64,000 bases of DNA from an uncultured Chloroflexia bacterium (GTDB lineage Bacteria; Chloroflexota; Anaerolineae; CG2-30-64-16), in assembly GCA_963810095.1 (NCBI GenBank), contig CAWEMM010000006.1:1419353-1483352 (forward strand). The letters are read 5' to 3'. Below the pieces are notes generated by a model, which worked only from the letters and a program-made list of their open reading frames with translations, searched no databases and was not told the origin of the DNA. Below, piece by piece: positions 59,710 to 64,000 of the stretch. The stretch's first letter is position 1; the number at the start of each line of letters is the position of its first letter. The position numbers and the translations under genes are program-made.

Positions 59710-61518
59710 GCCTGTGGGTAAGGGGCTGTCCGAAAAGTAATCGGGCGGCCCCTTTTTTGCGTGCTTTTCTCGCGTTCTTTAAGGATTCATGGTTTAATGG
59801 GGGCATGAAACGCAAACCTGCTGCCCCCGTCTTCAAGCCCTACACGATGGCTCAGCCGCAGTTGCTGCCGCCGAGCCTGGATGAGTTGATCGAGCCGGAC
59901 CACCTGGTGCGGGTGGTAAATGCGGCGATCGACCAGTTGGATTTGCGGCCGCTGCTGGCGCAGTACCCCGGCGGCGGGACGTCCAGCTATCATCCGCAGA
60001 TGCTGCTGAAGGTGTTGGTGTACGCCTATTGCAGCAAGATCTACTCGTCGCGGCGGATTGCGGCGGCGCTGCGGGAGAACATTCACTTCATGTGGTTGAG
60101 TGGCGGGAACCGGCCGGACTTTCGCACGATCAACGACTTTCGCGGGCAGCGGATGAAGGGCGTGATCGACGCGGTGTTCGCCGAGGTGCTGCAGTACCTG
60201 GTCGAGGCGGGGTACGTGCAGTTGGAGCACTACTTCGTCGACGGGACGAAGATCGCCGCCGATGCGAACCAGCACAAGGTGGTGTGGGCCAAGCGCACGG
60301 CGCGTTACCAGCAGCGGGTGCGGGAGCAGATCGCGTGAGTTGCTGCGGCAGATCGAGCAGGTGAATGCTGACGAGCAGGCCGAGTACGGCGATGCCGATC
60401 TGGAAGAGCGGGGCCGGCGGTGGGGGTGGCGAGATCGACTCGGACGCAACTCAAGGAGCGCATCGACCAACTCAACCAGCGGCTCCGCGAGCGTCAGCAC
60501 CCCAAGCCCGAAGCCCAGGCAGCCGAGAAGGCGCTGAAGAAACTGGCGACGGATTGTCTGCCGCGGTTGGAGAAGTACGAGCAGCAGACCGCGACGCTGG
60601 CGGGGCGGTCGAGCTATGCCCAGACCGACCCGGACGCCACGTGCATGCGGATGAAGGAAGACCGCGGCGCCGAGCGGCCCTGGCCCAAGCCGGCCTACAA
60701 CGTGCAGGTGGGCACGGAAGGGCAATTCATCGTCGGGTTCAGCGTGCACGACCAGGCGGGCGACACCGGGTGCCTGATCCCGCATCTGGAGCAGGTGCGC
60801 CAGAACACCGGCGGCCGCTTACCGCAGAACGTGGTGGCGGATGCGGGGTACGGCAGCGAAGAGAACTACGCCTATCTGGAACAGCAGCAGGTGGGCAACT
60901 ACCTCAAGTACAACACCTTCTACCAGGACACGCATCATTACCGCGACCCGGCCGTGCTGCGGGCGCACCAGTTCCGGGCCGAGAACTTCGCCTACGACGC
61001 GGCCACCGACACCTTCGTCTGCCCGGCCGGCCAGCGGCTGCACTTCCAGTACACCACCCGCTACACCAGCGACAACGGCTACCTGAGCGACCGCCGCATC
61101 TACGAATGCTTCGCGTGTGCCGACTGCCCGCTGCGCAGCCAGTGCACCCGGGCCAAAGGCAACCGCCAGATTCGCATCAGTTTCCGCTTGCTCGCCTACC
61201 GCAAGCAAGCCCGCGACAACCTGACCAGCGCCGACAGGTGAGCGCTTACGCGCCGCGCGCTCCGTCGAGGTGGAAACCGTCTTCGGGCATATCAAACAGA
61301 ATATGGGCTTCCGGAGATTTCACTTACGCGGGCGGGCGAAAGTGAAGACCGAATGGGGGCTCGTGAGCATCGCTCACAACCTGAAGAAGGTGGCGGCCGC
61401 ATAGGCCGCTTTTTTTCTCCGCTTTCCGCGAGCTCCAACTCATCTCCCGCTGACTCCGAATCGGCACAAGAAAGGGGCTGCCTGGATGTTCTTTCCAGAC
61501 AGCCCCTTACCCACAGGC
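59710..61518 (+). mobile_element. IS1182-family insertion sequence, nested 5 nt after the IS481 transposase stop
   Basis: The terminal inverted repeats are 28 bp with 2 mismatches. The left one is GCCTGTGGGTAAGGGGCTGTCCGAAAAG (59710-59737). The right one is the reverse complement of CTTTCCAGACAGCCCCTTACCCACAGGC (61491-61518). I saw no clear target duplication. Confidence 0.8.
59805..61404 (+). pseudogene. IS1182-family transposase with four +1 frame disruptions
   Basis: The frame order is 0>1>2>0>1. The fragments are MKRKPAAPVFKPYTMAQPQLLPPSLDELIEPDHLVR..., ELLRQIEQVNADEQAEY, QLKERIDQLNQRL...DAGYGSEENYAYLE...CPLRSQCTRAKGNRQI and the tail VEVETVFGHIKQNMGFRRFHLRG...NLKKVAAA-stop. Confidence 0.85.
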
Positions 61519-61603
61519 CCGACGCGACGACACCATTCTTTAAGGTGTTCAGGTGTCTACGATGTCCCCGAACACCTGTCTACGATGTATTCGGTCCATA
61601 CAC

Positions 61604-61760
61604 CCCGACGAAGGGCTGCGCCGCTTCGACCCCCTAATTTGCTCGGGCAGCACCGCATCCGCCGTCTAACGCGCACGGCTGCCGGCCGGGACGGGGCCGA
61701 CAGTGGCAGGCTTGCACGAACCGACGCGATGGAAAATGTACGTCAGGCGGTTTCGCTTTG
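61604..61760. repeat. GC-rich hairpin repeat, copy E, right part
   Basis: CCCGACGAAGGGCTGCGCCGCTTCGACCCCCTAA and GGCAGGCTTGCACGAACCGACGCGATGGAAAATGTACG are colinear with modules 2-3 of copies A and D. Confidence 0.6.
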
Positions 61761-61762
61761 CA

Positions 61763-64000
61763 TCAAGGGCGGCGGGGGCCCGCGGGACCGGGCCAAAGCG
61801 GGAAACCGCCGCCCGTCACAGGCAGGGTGCCGGGCCCACGCAGGACGTCCGACTTGAAGCGCGGGATGATACGGTAGCCCGCGTCGGGCGTCTTCTCGCC
61901 CACGGACTGCCCCAGGACGCCCTGCCGCGGCCCACATCTGCCCGATCTGCACGTAGGGGCGGCGCCAGGGCAGGCTCTCGGGGAAGTAGATGCGGATCAG
62001 CCCGGCCCTGTCTTTCAAGACCAGGCCGCGCGTCTCGTACTTGACCACCGCACCCACGACCTGCACGAGCCTCCCCTCGTTCGCTTCTGCCAGGTCCGCC
62101 GAGGTGACCGGCTGCGGCGCGACAGCCTTGCCTTCGCCCAGCACTGTTAAGTAACCGGCATCGGGGACAGATAACTCGGTTTCTCCGTAGAAGTCGCGGG
62201 TCCAGCCCGTGACCCGCACCCGGCTGCCCGGCTTCAGCGTGGGATAGTCGCCTTTGCGCAGGTAGACCTTGATGCCCCCTGTCTCGTCCTGCAAGTAGAT
62301 CGTCTTCGCAATCAGCCCGGGCGGGAAAGTCACGGTGCCGCTGACGACGGCGCGACTGTCTACCTTCGCCGAGCGGGCCGCCGCGACGGTTTGCGGAACC
62401 GGCGGGGGCGTGGCTTGGGGCGGAGCAGGCGCCGCGGGCGCAGGAGGCGGCAGCAGGCGGTTCGGCTGGCCCGGCGTCGCCTCGCAGTCGGACGTCCACC
62501 CGCCTACGCCGTCGGTGTTCCGACAGTAACTGCGGTCTGCGCCCGGCCCATGGTCATAGGCGAAGCGGTCTGCCAACGTCCCGTCGCTCCTGGTGAGGGT
62601 CACCGAGTCGCGCCAGTCGCTCAGCGAGAGACGGGTCTGGCCGCGGAAGAACAGCATGAAGCTGTGGGGCCAGATCACGGCGCCCGCGGGAATGCGGTAG
62701 CTCGCGGCCTCATCGCCGATCTGCCAGCCCTCCAGGGGGACGGCGCTGCCCGTCGGATTATGCAACTCGATCCATTCGTCCGAGAAGTTCGCCGTGCCGT
62801 CGCGATCCCAGTCGACCGAGCGCGGGTCAGGGAGGATTTCATTCAGCTTGACCTTCAGCGCATCGGGCGGGAGCGGGGTGGGGGTCGGCGTCTGCGTGGA
62901 CGTGGGCGAGGCCGTGACGGTGCCGGTGGGAGTGCGCGTTGGCGTGACAGTGCGCGTGGGTGTGGAGGTGCGCGTGGGCGTGACGGTACGCGTGGGTGTG
63001 GAGGTGCGGGTGGGCGTCGGCGTGGCGGCGGGATCGCGGGTTGGGGTCGCGGTCGGCGTTGCGGTGGGCACGAGGGTCGTGCGCTCGCCTGGGTTGGGCG
63101 CTTGGCGGGTCCAGTCCGCCGCGCTGTCACTGTCCTGGAGGTTCCAGCGGCCTAGTGACTCGCCGGCACGCACTTTCTCGCAGGGCGGCTCGTTAATGCT
63201 CGTGTCCGAGCCGTAGCTCATGGCGTCGACGACGGTGGCGTCGGGTGCGAGGAGGCGGACCGCGTCGCCGGTGTTGCTCAGCCCGTTGCCAATGGCGCCC
63301 TCGAGGCTGACGAGCAGGCCCGAGAAGCCGGGGAAACTGGCGCGGAACGCGGCTTCTTTGGCGGCAACAACGGCATATTCGCCGGGCAGCAGGCTGAACT
63401 CGGGCAGCGCGTCCTGGCCCGTGTTGTCGCCGATGCGCCAGCCCGAGAGCAGGACCGCGTCGCCCGTGGGGTTCACGATCTCGACGAACTCCCAATCGGC
63501 ATCCGCGCCGTCTTGGATAGGGTCGTACAGCACTTCACTTAGGAGCAGCTTCGGCCAAGCCGCCGGATACGGGAGAGTTGGCGAAGGCGTCGGCGTGGCT
63601 GTGCGGGTGGAGGCGGGCGTGCGCGTGACTGTAGGCGTGCGGGTGACCGTGGGACTTGGGCCGGCCGTTCGCGTCGCAGCCGGCGTGCGGGTTGCGCTCG
63701 CGGTCCGAGTCGGAGTCCGCGTGAGGGTTGCAGTCCGCGTGATTGCGGTCCGCGTTGGGCTCGCGGTGCGGGTTGGGCTGGGGGTGCGGGTCGGCGTCGG
63801 AGTGGGCGTGCTTTCGATCGTCCCGCTCACGCCGGGATTGGGGACCGATTGCCCATACCAGTCTTCTGCCGTGCCGGTGTCCATGTCGCTGGGGATACGC
63901 GACAAGGACTCGCCGGCCGCTACCCCGGGGCACGCCGGGTCGAACGCCGTCGTATCTGAGCCATAGCTCATCGCATCTGCCAGCACGCCGTTCGGCGCCA
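61763..64000 (-). pseudogene. secreted multi-LTD (lamin-tail-domain) / OB-fold protein; 5' end outside the window, with one +1 disruption near 61935
   Basis: There are three LTD-like repeats (SEVLYDPIQDGADADWEFVEIVNPTGDAVLLSGWRIGD; NEILPDPRSVDWDRDGTANFSDEWIELHNPTGSAVPLEGWQIGD; a partial one at the window edge). They are separated by TPTRT-type linkers. An OB-like region follows (VVSGTVTFPPGLIAKTIYLQDETGGIKVYL). The tail GVLGQSVGEKTPDAGYRIIPRFKSDV lies in the next frame. Confidence 0.8.
62932..63020 (-). repeat. 36-bp tandem repeat (about 2.5 copies) encoding the Pro-Thr-Arg linker
   Basis: Unit 62932-62967 and unit 62968-63003 differ at 3 positions. They encode STPTRTVTPTRT repeats within the LTD protein. 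Confidence 0.8.

Larger units (their letters stand above)
58476..61603 (+). mobile_element. IS481-family insertion sequence carrying a nested IS1182-family element
   Basis: The imperfect terminal inverted repeats are about 50 bp. The left one is GTGTATAGACCGGGGACATAGTAGACAG... (58476-). The right one is the reverse complement of ...CTGTCTACGATGTATTCGGTCCATACAC (-61603). Without the nested element the IS would be about 1.3 kb. Confidence 0.8.

Noticed and set aside
60330-60445. Programmed ribosomal frameshifting was considered in the IS1182-family transposase.
   Set aside because: This family normally encodes a single ORF. Here there are four separate +1 shifts, including one near the 3' end (61238), with no slippery heptamer. 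That matches the window-wide +1 disruption pattern.
61763-61800. The LPVTG string at the corrected C-terminus of the LTD protein was considered as a sortase sorting signal.
   Set aside because: Only about 12 mostly non-hydrophobic residues follow, so there is no TM anchor. The frame here depends on an unverified correction, so I kept it only as a remark.

Overview
This is a GC-rich bacterial chromosomal segment (GC judged by eye, not computed). The gene content looks Chloroflexota-like, which is an inference: a bacterial Elp3, large PTPS-related/GT-C-like polytopic membrane proteins, LysM/SH3b/Pro-Thr-linker surface proteins, and promoters sitting almost on start codons.

I can support about 50 protein-coding loci, one tRNA-Leu(CAA) and two IS elements, where a degenerate IS1182-family copy is nested inside an IS481-family element. 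There are also two families of hairpin-forming intergenic repeats, several strong terminator hairpins and a few consensus-like promoters. I saw no rRNA and no CRISPR array.

Highlights:
1. Two adjacent selenoprotein genes are split by the ORF track at in-frame TGA codons. One is a GrdB-family protein with a C-U-P-I-C motif and the other is a SelW/Rdx-like protein with a C-V-A-U motif. Each TGA is followed by a SECIS-like hairpin with a GUU loop.
2. An Elp3 gene and a Trm9-like methyltransferase gene sit head to head with overlapping start codons. This suggests an Elongator-type wobble-uridine pathway.
3. There are at least 50 reading-frame disruptions, and all but one of those I could phase are +1. 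They are about ten-fold denser in 49.2-58.4 kb (GH2, GT4, aminopeptidase, AAA ATPase, ATPase-GAF-GAF-PP2C), next to the IS elements. A consensus insertion artefact is the more likely cause; a decaying island is the alternative.
4. A dual cNMP-binding membrane protein and a neighbouring SH3b lipoprotein share an uncharacterised Cys-containing C-terminal domain.
5. A minus-strand operon is translationally coupled: fused spermidine-synthase-like protein, HDAC-family deacetylase, metallophosphoesterase, orphan LuxR response regulator, then serine proteases.

Functional calls rest on motif recognition in the supplied translations. No database search was run.
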